Positions 27,868-37,351 of a DNA stretch of 59,218 bases are shown here, in pieces; positions within the stretch are counted from its first letter, which is position 1, and every line of letters starts with the position of its first letter. This DNA comes from a virus (lineage: Duplodnaviria; Heunggongvirae; Uroviricota; Caudoviricetes): IMG/VR virus record IMGVR_UViG_3300037851_000461, positions 1-59,218 of that record; one strand, 5' to 3'. The position numbers and the translations under genes are program-made. The notes under the pieces were generated by a model. That model was not told the origin of the DNA. It did no database searches and was given only the letters and a program-made list of their open reading frames with translations.

Positions 27868-28508
27868 TTGGTTAGGTTTCTATAATAGTCGATGACTGCC
27901 TGTGTTGTGGGTCCTAGATAATCATCATTGATGATTTTCAGATCGGCTTCATCTTTCCAGAAGTACTGAATCTCGTCTCTTCCCTGCCATGGATTTTTTG
28001 CTGCCCATTCATGGATAAATGGCATGTGTTCGATGAATGGTTGCTTTGGATATCCGATGACAACGCCATCCACCAAGTCATAAATCCATCTATGGTGAAT
28101 GTATCCGGTCCACTGCCCCTCTGGCTTATTTAGTTCGATGAACTTGCTTGGCATTGCAATGAAGCCTTCGTTTGCGATCTTTCCAAACATGTTGGAGACC
28201 ATCTTTGGAGACGAAATGTCTTCCAGCGTATGTGTGCACACCAAGAAATCAAACTTTCCGTGCCATTTTACGTGCTCCAGCACCAAATTCCATACACGCA
28301 TGTCGCAAATGTTTCCGGTGAAGTAGGTCGCCGCCAATCCACCCTTGGCAAAATCAACAATGTGGGTAACGAAATCCTTCGTCCACGGGTTGGCAGATGC
28401 GCCAACATCAATGAGCGTAAAGTTTGGCTTCGAGGCTTTCCTCTGACGAATAACCTCTAATGCCTTCGCATAATCTCGTATATGCGTGAACTTTGCATCA
28501 TAGATCAT
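27864..28508 (-). CDS. SAM methyltransferase-like protein
   Basis: LIDVGAS, FDFLVCTHTLED. Confidence 0.7.
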   Translation of the reverse strand: MIYDAKFTHIRDYAKALEVIRQRKASKPNFTLIDVGASANPWTKDFVTHIVDFAKGGLAATYFTGNICDMRVWNLVLEHVKWHGKFDFLVCTHTLEDISSPKMVSNMFGKIANEGFIAMPSKFIELNKPEGQWTGYIHHRWIYDLVDGVVIGYPKQPFIEHMPFIHEWAAKNPWQGRDEIQYFWKDEADLKIINDDYLGPTTQAVIDYYRNLTK

Positions 28509-29197
28509 TTTTGGATGGTACCACCCATATTTTCATTTTGGGTGAAGTTCTTTAGGTAGAATTTGTTTTGGTTTTCCTGACGATCAATCGTTTTGTGATG
28601 AATCAATGCGTATGACACTTCCTTTGGAAGTACTGCTTGTGTCTTGTACCCCGTCAACGTCTCATGAAGGCGCTTGAACCACCGAATATCAGGAGAACGA
28701 CGATAGAGGCGACGTTGATAGTCGCCCGAGTTCCAGTTGATAACCGGATCGGTGAATCCGGGAATCTGAGAAACGTGCCAGCCCCACTTCTTAGCGGCTT
28801 CCTCGGTCAATCCTGTAATCAGGTTAACACGCGGGATAGCATATACATCAACTTCAGGATTGGATTCGACCAACTCCCGAACAATCGACAGTAGGTCTTC
28901 GTGAGGAAATTCGTCAGCGTCGATTTGGAAGACGAAATCTCCGGTGCACTGGTCGGTTCCGAAGTTTTTGTGGGCTCCGAAGTCATTGTTTAGTGCGTGC
29001 TTGACGACCTTGTAGTGAAATACGTTTTCAGCCTCAGCCAAACAAGCGAGGAAATCAGGGTCAGATGAAAAGTCATCGACAACCACCACTTCGTCTTCGG
29101 GGAAATTTTTTCTATGTTCATTGAGTCGGGCGAACAGTTCCTTTAGATAAAAGGTCGGTTCGTTGTGTGTGAATATCAGAAAACTTATCTTGGTCAT
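28505..29197 (-). CDS. Glycosyltransferase family 2
   Basis: THNE, VVDDFS, DFGAHKNFG, QIDADE, WNSGDYQ.R, LHE. Confidence 0.88.
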   Translation of the reverse strand: MTKISFLIFTHNEPTFYLKELFARLNEHRKNFPEDEVVVVDDFSSDPDFLACLAEAENVFHYKVVKHALNNDFGAHKNFGTDQCTGDFVFQIDADEFPHEDLLSIVRELVESNPEVDVYAIPRVNLITGLTEEAAKKWGWHVSQIPGFTDPVINWNSGDYQRRLYRRSPDIRWFKRLHETLTGYKTQAVLPKEVSYALIHHKTIDRQENQNKFYLKNFTQNENMGGTIQK

Positions 29198-29290
29198 TGT
29201 CTGTGTATTTTCCTTTAATTACTCGGTCATTGTCAACACAAATAATCCAAGTCTCTCCGTCAGCGAAGGTAACCTTTCGTGAACTCCACA

Positions 29291-29695
29291 TTAGGTCACA
29301 ATTTCTCGTGTTGATACCGGTGTTGAGGCGAGGATTTCTTTTCCAGACTCGCTAAAGACTGGATCGGCTACGCCTGCGAGTTTTTTATACTCTTCCGGCG
29401 TGCGAAGAATTGGGTATGCCTTGCTGTTCCACACAAACAAGAAACTACCCCAAACAAAGTAGCGATTGCCAGCATTCGACTTACCGAATCCAAATCTCTT
29501 GATTTCAGCAACCTCGTCTGTAGCGATCTGTCCGGGGCGCTTCTCCAATCGACTGAATTCCCACAAGGGGGGAAGAGAAGTCATCTTTGCAAATACATTG
29601 TCATCATTCTTCGTGGCGCGAAGAATCTCAAACTTACCGATGTGGGCAAGTGATACTGCCTTGTTGTTTGTGTTTCTGATTCCTACGTCGATCAT
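29291..29695 (-). CDS. Hypothetical protein
   Basis: 134-aa coupled ORF. Confidence 0.6.
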   Translation of the reverse strand: MIDVGIRNTNNKAVSLAHIGKFEILRATKNDDNVFAKMTSLPPLWEFSRLEKRPGQIATDEVAEIKRFGFGKSNAGNRYFVWGSFLFVWNSKAYPILRTPEEYKKLAGVADPVFSESGKEILASTPVSTREIVT

Positions 29696-31020
29696 GGCGT
29701 TGCTGCGGATTGCGCCTCCGGGGTTGAGGTTGGCTCTTTCTTCTTGAACTTCGGAAGAACAAGTTTCTTACGTGTTGGGAAGGCTGGAATAGCCTTTTCA
29801 AGAGTTTCGATGAGAACCTTCTCCATTGCCTTGAGACTGAACTTCTCGGCGTTTTCCTTGCGAAGTTTCTCTGCGTTCGGAAGATATTTGTCGTAGTTCG
29901 TGAACACATCGTTGAGAACCTTCGCGGCAACGCTGTTATTCACGGAGAACCACTTACTGTTCTCAATGATCCAATCATTGATTGTGCTTGGGTGAACCGG
30001 TGTCAATTCTCCGGGGAGGAGAACTGCAAGGTCCTTGTTCAAGAAGTCACAATGACCCGACCATGCCGGTGCAATTACTGGCTTTCCACTCAACGATGCT
30101 TCGAGGAGAGGGCGACCGAAACCTTCACCCTTGGTGAAACTAACGTGTGCCTTGACCTTGGAATGATTGTAGAGAGCATTCATCTCCTTGTCGGTCAAAT
30201 CACCGTGCACGAGATAAACATTTGGAACCTTGCCCACAACCGTTGACTGAGCGTGCTTGATCTTCTTCAGCATTTCCTGACGATCCATGACGCTGAATCC
30301 GGCTCCGCTGGTCTTCATAACCAATGCAGGAGCATCCGGGCGATTCTTGAACACTTCGGAGAAGGTGCGAACCAAACGACCAACGTTCTTTCGGTCTTCA
30401 CCGAGTTCTCCCTGTAGCCAGTGACCAACGAAGAGGAATACGAAGTCTTCCTTGATTCCCTCGAAGATTTTTTCAATCTCAGGTTCCTTTGGAGCATTCT
30501 TCTTGTAGATATCCGTGTCGGCACCTTCGAAGATAACATCCATAGGCTTTTCCATAGCCAAGTCGGATTCACGACCCTGTTGATCCTTCTTCTTGTACTT
30601 GACTGCGCTGAACACGCTCTTCGTGAACGTCGAAGGAACAATGTTGTAGTTCATTCGATTCAAACCTTCCAACCATTCTCCACGTGGAAGAGTCGTTTCA
30701 ATACCGGCAGTGATACCGATGTTGAACTTGGCAGGGGTCTGGAATTCGTTCGGGATGGTGATCTGGATAAACACCTCCGGTTGTTCAGTCAATGGCTGAC
30801 TGAGAACCTTTCCGAGAAGTTGGCGCAACTCTGCGTCGGTCTTCGTCATTTCATCGAGATTCAACTGTGGGCATCCGCCCCAACGGGTAGGAACGATCTT
30901 GAGGTCATACTTGTCCCAGCGGTGAAGGCAGCGAACAATGTCAAGAGCGTGTGCTCCGTATCCCGAGCGTGTGAAGAGTGGTGATTGAACCACCATTACC
31001 GGTTTGATTTCGTTATCCAT
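29692..31020 (-). CDS. GT4-like glycosyltransferase
   Basis: SGYG, FLFVGHW, RKNV, KGEGFGRPLLEA. Confidence 0.9.
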   Translation of the reverse strand: MDNEIKPVMVVQSPLFTRSGYGAHALDIVRCLHRWDKYDLKIVPTRWGGCPQLNLDEMTKTDAELRQLLGKVLSQPLTEQPEVFIQITIPNEFQTPAKFNIGITAGIETTLPRGEWLEGLNRMNYNIVPSTFTKSVFSAVKYKKKDQQGRESDLAMEKPMDVIFEGADTDIYKKNAPKEPEIEKIFEGIKEDFVFLFVGHWLQGELGEDRKNVGRLVRTFSEVFKNRPDAPALVMKTSGAGFSVMDRQEMLKKIKHAQSTVVGKVPNVYLVHGDLTDKEMNALYNHSKVKAHVSFTKGEGFGRPLLEASLSGKPVIAPAWSGHCDFLNKDLAVLLPGELTPVHPSTINDWIIENSKWFSVNNSVAAKVLNDVFTNYDKYLPNAEKLRKENAEKFSLKAMEKVLIETLEKAIPAFPTRKKLVLPKFKKKEPTSTPEAQSAATP

Positions 31021-31038
31021 AACTGATTGTGTAAGGTG

Positions 31039-32559
31039 TTAAACTGCTACTTTTTTCTTGAGGTCTTCGACTTCGGCTTGAATTGCGGCTTCGTCGAGGG
31101 TTGGAACGGTGAATCCCATTTCGTTCGGATTGAACATTGTGTTTCCAACAAATTCACCGGTCTGGTGAACGGTGACGCGAGAACGTGGGGTCCAAGCCTT
31201 CATGGTTGCATCGATGCATCGTGACATTTGCTCGCACATGTAGTTCTTATTGCAAGCACCTTCCTCACATGCCCAGCGACGACCTTCAGCACCAGCCTTG
31301 GCACGAACCTCTGGTCCTGCCAAATACCAATACTTCATTGCGCTTGCGATATCTTCCCACTTTACCAAGTCATCAAAGATGTACGGGGTGATTGGGCTTC
31401 CCTGAATGACGCGGGTCGCCGGCCAGAGAGGCTTTGCCCATACTCCGTGTGTCTTGTAGCGACCGTCGTGGTTGCTTCCCCAATTTCCTTCGAAGCGGAG
31501 AGGCTTACCATTTTCATCAACTTGACCGATCTGATCCTGTTGACCACCGGTTACGGGGATAATGACGGGAGTTTCTGCCATAATCGACTCGGTTGTTCCG
31601 ATACCCCAACCTTCGTTGGATGTGGCGGATACCGTTACGTCGGCGATGTTATACATCATGTTCAACTCTTCTGGAGAAACCTTACGGTCGGAGTAAACAA
31701 TGTCATACATCGGGCACAACGCCTCTTTGACAGCAACCAAGTCGGTTCCTGCATCGTCAACGACAGCGGTGTGAAGGAGAAGCACGCACTTGGCGGATTG
31801 TTCCTTTGGCAAACTGTCGCAGAATGTGCGATAACCGAGGATGATGTTCGAAAGACGCTTGCGCTGAATGTTTCTGTTGTTGTAGAACAGAACGAAGTTG
31901 TAATCCTTCTTGAGAAGGCTCTTTCTCAGCGCAGCAACCTTGGCAACATCCTCCGAAGAGGTGAGTTTCTTGAACTTCACGGGGTCAACTCCGTGCGGAA
32001 CCCAATGGCTGATCAAGCGACCATTAAGTTTCTCGCCACGTTCTGCGTCAGCGAGTGTGATCCAATTATCCTTGCCGACAACATGACGATTGATATTGAC
32101 CGTCTGGCGGGAGATTCCCATCAAGAGGTCGCATGAGCGATAGAATGAGTGGTTATACATTGGGTATGGAACGTCATCCCAAATGTTGTAATACATGATT
32201 GGTATGAATTGACGGAGTTCGTGCTCCATCTGATACAACCAAATCCAGAAACGCGGATCGGTGAAGTGAAGAAGGGCATCCGGCTTTTCCGACATGATTA
32301 CCTGTCGAAGCAAATCGGGGTTGCCATAGCCATCGACGGGAAACAACTTTACGTTCGCATCCTTGATGCCTGCGGCTTCGTTCACGGCTTGGCTCATGTC
32401 AAGGATTTTGCCCTTGTCAGGATGCTTTACGGAACCCGCGATGTTAACCCAATCGTATTTGTGCGCCGTACCGGTGACAAACTCTCTTGCCATCGTAGCG
32501 ATACCTGACATCATGCGAATATCATCGCAGAGGAGTAGAATCTTCTTTTTGTCTGACAT
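31039..32559 (-). CDS. GT4-like glycosyltransferase
   Basis: SGIA, WVPHG, NRNIQRK, NEGWGIGTTES (Ex7E). Confidence 0.9.
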   Translation of the reverse strand: MSDKKKILLLCDDIRMMSGIATMAREFVTGTAHKYDWVNIAGSVKHPDKGKILDMSQAVNEAAGIKDANVKLFPVDGYGNPDLLRQVIMSEKPDALLHFTDPRFWIWLYQMEHELRQFIPIMYYNIWDDVPYPMYNHSFYRSCDLLMGISRQTVNINRHVVGKDNWITLADAERGEKLNGRLISHWVPHGVDPVKFKKLTSSEDVAKVAALRKSLLKKDYNFVLFYNNRNIQRKRLSNIILGYRTFCDSLPKEQSAKCVLLLHTAVVDDAGTDLVAVKEALCPMYDIVYSDRKVSPEELNMMYNIADVTVSATSNEGWGIGTTESIMAETPVIIPVTGGQQDQIGQVDENGKPLRFEGNWGSNHDGRYKTHGVWAKPLWPATRVIQGSPITPYIFDDLVKWEDIASAMKYWYLAGPEVRAKAGAEGRRWACEEGACNKNYMCEQMSRCIDATMKAWTPRSRVTVHQTGEFVGNTMFNPNEMGFTVPTLDEAAIQAEVEDLKKKVAV

Positions 32560-32578
32560 AACCTTTTTCGTTCTGTTG

Positions 32579-32758
32579 TTAAATTTCAGTCGCTTCTATC
32601 AATTGATTTCCCTGTAACTTGAAAACTGGAGTATCGCCGTCAACCTTGTTAGGGTGAATGTAGAACCACACGCCATCGTCCGTTACACTGCAACGAACGT
32701 CGTGATCAATACATCCCGTCTCGGTCAAGGTCTTACGGAAGTACTCCTCAAGATTCAT
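32579..32758 (-). CDS. Small hypothetical protein (59 aa, absent from the ORF track)
   Basis: MNLEEYFRKTLTETGCIDHDVRC...; ATGA-coupled to the upstream ORF. Confidence 0.5.
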   Translation of the reverse strand: MNLEEYFRKTLTETGCIDHDVRCSVTDDGVWFYIHPNKVDGDTPVFKLQGNQLIEATEI

Positions 32759-32949
32759 GGATTCGTGCCAGCGGTGTTTTGCTGATTGGCTTCTTCAAAT
32801 ACAGCCTTGATTTCAGACATTACGTCGCCGATGCGCTCTTTGAATTCCTTCATAGCAGCCTTCTTCTCAACTTCGATTTCGAGAAGACGTTGCGTGAGGT
32901 TATAAACCTTTTCCTTAGCCTGATCCGGTGTTAGTGGTTTGTTTGCCAT
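32755..32949 (-). CDS. Small coiled-coil protein
   Basis: 64-aa helical ORF. Confidence 0.55.
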   Translation of the reverse strand: MANKPLTPDQAKEKVYNLTQRLLEIEVEKKAAMKEFKERIGDVMSEIKAVFEEANQQNTAGTNP

Positions 32950-32961
32950 ATGAGTGTTTGT

Positions 32962-33249
32962 TTAGAATGAACTTCCCGTTGCCTGTAGGTCTGTCGTTTC
33001 GTTGATCTTTTTACGAAAGTCAGGATCACTGTTGTAAAGAAAAACCGTGCGATTGACCAACTTCTGTAGGGTCAACTTATCGGCAGCACCAGTTGCCCGG
33101 AAAGTGTCGTACTTATCGACAAGAATCTTAACGCTGGTCAAGAACGTCGGGTGTTGTGGGTGCTTTGGCTTCTTCTCCGCAACTACAGCAGCAGTTGTTT
33201 CGGTAGATTCGGTCGGTGATGTTTCTGTTGTAGATGTTACGTTTTCCAT
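32962..33249 (-). CDS. Small conserved phage protein (possible ribbon-helix-helix)
   Basis: TSVKI strand followed by two helices (TLQKLVNR). Confidence 0.45.
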   Translation of the reverse strand: MENVTSTTETSPTESTETTAAVVAEKKPKHPQHPTFLTSVKILVDKYDTFRATGAADKLTLQKLVNRTVFLYNSDPDFRKKINETTDLQATGSSF

Positions 33250-33307
33250 ACCAATATATACTGACAATCTGTATATAAAAACAGGAAATCTGTATATATG
33301 ACTTCTT

Positions 33308-34273
33308 TTATTCCATCTGGTCGCAAACTGGTGTTCCATCCTTGCGAAGAATTTCCTTGAATGGGCAATACTTGCAATTCTTCTTGCGCTGACCGGGGTT
33401 CTTGGGGTAGTTCGCCTCAGTGTTATAACCCCCGCCAGACTTGAAACAGGTGTCTACGAATTCGTTAAAACGAGTGGTAAGGTCTTTGGTCGTGTTTACT
33501 CCCGAAGGCGGCACAACTAATTGGACGCGGCTCTGTGGGAATGCTACATTTTCCATCAACTTGCGCTTGAGGATTAAGAAAACCACTTCGATTTGGCTTT
33601 CCTTAATGTTCATCTTCTCGGCGTAGTATTTCTTGTAGAGAACAAGTTGATCCAACTTGGCGGGGTCGGCTTTCTGATACTTGTTCCAACCCATCGACGA
33701 TGTTTTGATATCGATGATCTTGATCTTTCCAGTGGTCTTATCTTTGAACACCAAGTCGAGGAATGCGGTGAAAAGAATGTTTGGCTTGAGTTCAAACTTC
33801 AACTCACGTTCGATTGCGATCAATTCAAGCGTTTGGGTTGGGAAATACTTGGCACGATTCTTATATGACAGAATGTCTTCGATGATTTCCTTACCGTGCA
33901 TGATGTGCTCCTTGATGGCATCCATATCATCGAACACAACACCATCCTTGACGTTTTTCTCAAACTCGCGCATGAAAACCTCTTGAAACTTGCCGAGTTT
34001 ATCCATGCTGTCTGCTTTCGGCGCACCGTAGCAATATAGAATGTCTAAGTAGGTCTGAATAGTTTCGTGAATAGCCGTTCCGAATACCGTGGAAATGGAA
34101 CCTTCAAATTTTCCAAGTTTGTCGATCTTGTCGAACTTCCAACTTGCCGGGCATGTTTGCCACTTGCTGAATTGGCTGAAACTGACATACGTCTTACCGT
34201 TTTCGTAAGGAGTCTTTGGTTCCCACTTGGTTTTTTTAGGCTCTTCTGCTGGTGTGTCGAAAAATTCAGTCAT
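33308..34273 (-). CDS. PD-(D/E)XK (Cas4/AddB-like) exonuclease
   Basis: SFSQ, CPASW, FGTAIHE, FLDLV, IDIKTS, CKYCPF...C (four Cys). Confidence 0.88.
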   Translation of the reverse strand: MTEFFDTPAEEPKKTKWEPKTPYENGKTYVSFSQFSKWQTCPASWKFDKIDKLGKFEGSISTVFGTAIHETIQTYLDILYCYGAPKADSMDKLGKFQEVFMREFEKNVKDGVVFDDMDAIKEHIMHGKEIIEDILSYKNRAKYFPTQTLELIAIERELKFELKPNILFTAFLDLVFKDKTTGKIKIIDIKTSSMGWNKYQKADPAKLDQLVLYKKYYAEKMNIKESQIEVVFLILKRKLMENVAFPQSRVQLVVPPSGVNTTKDLTTRFNEFVDTCFKSGGGYNTEANYPKNPGQRKKNCKYCPFKEILRKDGTPVCDQME

Positions 34274-34279
34274 CCCTAA

Positions 34280-34307
34280 ATGCTACACCCACATTTGCCG
34301 TTGTCAA
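34280..34307 (-). promoter_or_regulatory. Sigma70-like promoter, back-to-back with an ATATTTATAG motif (34308-34317, +)
   Basis: TTGACA-N16-TAGCAT on the - strand. Confidence 0.55.
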
Positions 34308-34319
34308 ATATTTATAGCC

Positions 34320-34934
34320 ATGAGAAGACTTATTTCATGTATCATGTTCATTCTGCTTTGTATTACCTCCTATGGTCAAAGCGACGAGCCGAAGGATGGA
34401 ATCATGGTTGTGACGCGTGCAGCAACGTCAATAACACTGAACCACTCGTCTACGTTTGAGGGAAACCAACTTACCCTTGCACCGGATACCAACGTCTTCT
34501 TCTCGGGTGTCACGAACATTCTGATTCCTTCAATAGCCACCCTCAAGTTTCTACAAAAGTCAGAGTTTGAAGTCATCAACTGCCAAACGTATGAAGATGG
34601 AATGTCATCCACGACTCTAAAAATAGTGGAAGGAACCATCTCAGTTGAAAGCAACGTCAAGGATGATGATTGCTATTTCACATTGGTAGTTCCGGGAGCC
34701 ACCATTCAACTTTCCAAAGGTGCCATCGTTCAAATGAACCGCTACAACAATCTTACCACGATGATCGTCACCAAAGGTGTGGTGAAGATCATTCGTGATA
34801 GTGATATGGTAGAAAAAGAAATGGCAGTCGGTATGACTGCCAGTATCTTTATGAGTGATTCCGGTGCGGATAATGTCTCCGTTAGGGAATCTTCCGATTA
34901 CGACCGTAGCCTCTTTCGAGAACTCAATCAATAA
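34320..34934 (+). CDS. Secreted FecR-like beta-rich protein
   Basis: Signal peptide MRRLISCIMFILLCITSYGQ; LKIVEGTI...F.LVVPGATI...VTKGVVKI; ATATTTATAG 2 nt upstream. Confidence 0.55.
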   Translation: MRRLISCIMFILLCITSYGQSDEPKDGIMVVTRAATSITLNHSSTFEGNQLTLAPDTNVFFSGVTNILIPSIATLKFLQKSEFEVINCQTYEDGMSSTTLKIVEGTISVESNVKDDDCYFTLVVPGATIQLSKGAIVQMNRYNNLTTMIVTKGVVKIIRDSDMVEKEMAVGMTASIFMSDSGADNVSVRESSDYDRSLFRELNQ

Positions 34935-35589
34935 AGCCCAATTCCCTCAATGCTTTTCCAACGACTTCGTTGAGACCGGGATGGTTAACAAGTTCTGCTT
35001 CGCTGCTCACCGTTTGGTGTTCCCACTCAATTCGATAATCAGCCTTAGCCTTGAGTTTTGGATCGTTGTTTCGCTCATCCTCGTTTGGTGCTTCTACGAA
35101 AATTCTCACACGGCGATAATCCTGTGGGCTGTCAGAATTGATAGGTTTTGATGGATCGCCTGCCCAATTTACACCCCACGTGTATTTTGATACGTGAACA
35201 AGTTTGCCACCCATCGTCTGCTGAAGCCATTGGATTTCGTCGTGAGGAAATACATCATAACGAACATCCGTTACGATTGCTACGTCGGCGTCGGATTCGT
35301 TGATCTTCTTCGTCACTCGGCTTGTCCAGTATGTGCCATTGCTCCGCTTCCGTTGTACGCCACCATACCACACCAAGAATGGGCGAATGATAGTTTTGTT
35401 TTCAGGATCGCTTGTCCAAGCACTAATTCCGAACTTATCCAACAGAAACGCGTCAACGTCAGACTTCAGATCGTCGGCGAGAGCAAATCTCTGCACCCTC
35501 AATCCTCGTTCGGTCATAATCTTCCGAGCAACCGCGCAGAAGGTATCTTTTCCTGATCGTGCTACACCTGTTAGTCCGAGTACTTTCAT
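34924..35589 (-). CDS. Deoxynucleoside monophosphate kinase
   Basis: GLTGVARSGKDT P-loop, FALAD.LK, RPFLVWYG, TDVRY. Confidence 0.85.
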   Translation of the reverse strand: MKVLGLTGVARSGKDTFCAVARKIMTERGLRVQRFALADDLKSDVDAFLLDKFGISAWTSDPENKTIIRPFLVWYGGVQRKRSNGTYWTSRVTKKINESDADVAIVTDVRYDVFPHDEIQWLQQTMGGKLVHVSKYTWGVNWAGDPSKPINSDSPQDYRRVRIFVEAPNEDERNNDPKLKAKADYRIEWEHQTVSSEAELVNHPGLNEVVGKALRELGFID

Positions 35590-35593
35590 GGAT

Positions 35594-35941
35594 TTAGTCT
35601 CCCAAAGTTCCGTTGTCTGCTTGATCGTCGTCGTCCTCTTCCGGCGCGTTCATGTCAACGATGTTGCCATCGTCATCCATAACATATCCCATAGATTCGA
35701 GATGATCCATGGCGGCATCTTGATTCAAAATGTCATCAACGGTCTTCAATCGTCTCGTGGCTCTATTCAAGAGACCGTTGGCGAGAGTCACCGACCCTCC
35801 CCAAGTGAAAACGAAATCCTCTCCGTCTCCATTTTTGTCTTCGTCAATGTCAACTTGCCCGGCAAATACAAAGCCGTGGCATCGTTCTCCTACGAGTTCT
35901 TTGATATCGCTGAGTAGTTTGCGTCTTTCTTCAAGATTCAT
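35594..35941 (-). CDS. Acidic hypothetical protein
   Basis: 115-aa D/E-rich ORF. Confidence 0.55.
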   Translation of the reverse strand: MNLEERRKLLSDIKELVGERCHGFVFAGQVDIDEDKNGDGEDFVFTWGGSVTLANGLLNRATRRLKTVDDILNQDAAMDHLESMGYVMDDDGNIVDMNAPEEDDDDQADNGTLGD

Positions 35942-36410
35942 GTGTTAGTTCTTTTTCTTTGACTTCGATGCCGTATTTTCGATAGATGAATCTAATGTCA
36001 TCAGTCGAAAGGAGAGGAAGGACATCCCTTATCTCTCTAGTTGAACAACCATAATGGGTCGCCAAAAATTTCAATACGTCGGCGGGATACTTTTCCTTCT
36101 TTCCCTTGATATAAGGGGAAAAGACGGGTCGCTGAGGTATGACAGCAATAAGCACTCGATAGTAATGCTCATTGGAAAGTAGTGCGGCAAGATGCTGAAC
36201 GTCATTAACTGTCTCGGTATATTCCGGAGTCATGCTCAAGAATCGGTTGATCATGTAAGATGACCACGTTTTCTTATCAGCGTCATTCAATGTGCTCCAG
36301 TAGTCTTCATTTTGATACGTCGTGACCTGTTTCAAATGGTCGAATAGAGACTTGCACTTCTGCTTCTCTACGACGGGTTCATCCGATGACTTTTTCTTTG
36401 GTCTTGCCAT
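35931..36410 (-). CDS. Clamp-loader small subunit (T4 gp62-like)
   Basis: SLFDHL...YMINRFLS...F.PYIK pattern of gp62 homologs. Confidence 0.7.
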   Translation of the reverse strand: MARPKKKSSDEPVVEKQKCKSLFDHLKQVTTYQNEDYWSTLNDADKKTWSSYMINRFLSMTPEYTETVNDVQHLAALLSNEHYYRVLIAVIPQRPVFSPYIKGKKEKYPADVLKFLATHYGCSTREIRDVLPLLSTDDIRFIYRKYGIEVKEKELTHES

Positions 36411-36412
36411 GA

Positions 36413-36664
36413 TTACAGAGTAACATCCTTCTCAGGATAGCCGGGTGTCAAGTCAATATCAGGATGTGCCGCTCGAATCAGGTGTCTCATGTCATTGAGA
36501 ATGCCGGTCGGTACCGCATTGTACGACATTTTCCCTGCGGTGAAAGGAGGGCTGAACTTCACGGCAAGTGTAGCCATTCTCAACAGAGACCAATACACCT
36601 CCGGGTTGATTGCCGGTTTTGGCTTTCTACGAAAGCGACTGAAAAACTGTCTAATGAAGTTCAT
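36413..36664 (-). CDS. Hypothetical protein
   Basis: 83-aa ORF. Confidence 0.5.
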   Translation of the reverse strand: MNFIRQFFSRFRRKPKPAINPEVYWSLLRMATLAVKFSPPFTAGKMSYNAVPTGILNDMRHLIRAAHPDIDLTPGYPEKDVTL

Positions 36665-36701
36665 GTGTTGTATGTTGGTTGATTGTTGTCGATTGGTCAA
36701 C

Positions 36702-37097
36702 TTACTTTATCCGGAAAATACCAAGTGCACCTTTCAATGGATAGAAAGGAACGGGGCGAGGATTTTTCAATACGAATCCATACGGTCCCTCAAACCACGG
36801 TGATGTATGACTTGACACGCAATCCACGAGGTCGGCGATACCGAGTATTCCACCTGTCGGAAAATCTTCAACATCCTCGTGAAGAAAACTCATTGGAAAC
36901 TTGATCTTTCTCTCACGAACGAAGTTCTGCCACCCAACCATTTCTGCCATGCGAATGGATGCTGATGACTGAATGTAGATTGGTCCGCGATACTTGGTTA
37001 TCCAAGTTCTGTTCTCAATGTCTTTTCCTCCGTGAATGATCGACGATGCCCATGGCTGGCGAATGGTGATTACGGGGATTGTTTTGTCTATATTCAT
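36702..37097 (-). CDS. ASCH-domain protein
   Basis: ITIRQPWAS.I..G.KDIENRTW, GGILG...L.DC, P.KGALG. Confidence 0.88.
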   Translation of the reverse strand: MNIDKTIPVITIRQPWASSIIHGGKDIENRTWITKYRGPIYIQSSASIRMAEMVGWQNFVRERKIKFPMSFLHEDVEDFPTGGILGIADLVDCVSSHTSPWFEGPYGFVLKNPRPVPFYPLKGALGIFRIK

Positions 37098-37351
37098 GCT
37101 TCCTTTCTGACCCATCCGAGTTTTTCCATCTGTTCCGGGTCAAGCGATTCAATTTGAAAACTTGTGGGAATGACGAGTAGAGAAAATTCAATGTTGCGCT
37201 TCTTGAAAGCCTCGTGAAGTGAACTTATTGAAGTGAGAACCTTGTGTGCCTCTCCTTGTGTCAAGTGCTCTCGGTTCATTCTAATCACCAACACACTGTT
37301 GTTGGTGATGTCCATTTTTTCTATCGTCTCCAATATTTCGTGATCGGTCAT
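37094..37351 (-). CDS. Hypothetical protein
   Basis: 85-aa coupled ORF. Confidence 0.55.
   Translation of the reverse strand: MTDHEILETIEKMDITNNSVLVIRMNREHLTQGEAHKVLTSISSLHEAFKKRNIEFSLLVIPTSFQIESLDPEQMEKLGWVRKEA

Noticed and set aside
29120-29293. 57-aa ORF (MWSSRKVTF...) bridging the 29197-29291 gap
   Set aside because: It overlaps the GT2 start by about 75 nt and has no recognisable motif, so support is insufficient.
31228-32136. Long opposite-strand ORFs (e.g. 31228-32136 +, 13639-14280 +, 40337-40978 +, 46514-47191 -, 58354-58950 extension)
   Set aside because: These are shadow frames of well-supported genes, with no motifs or RBS.
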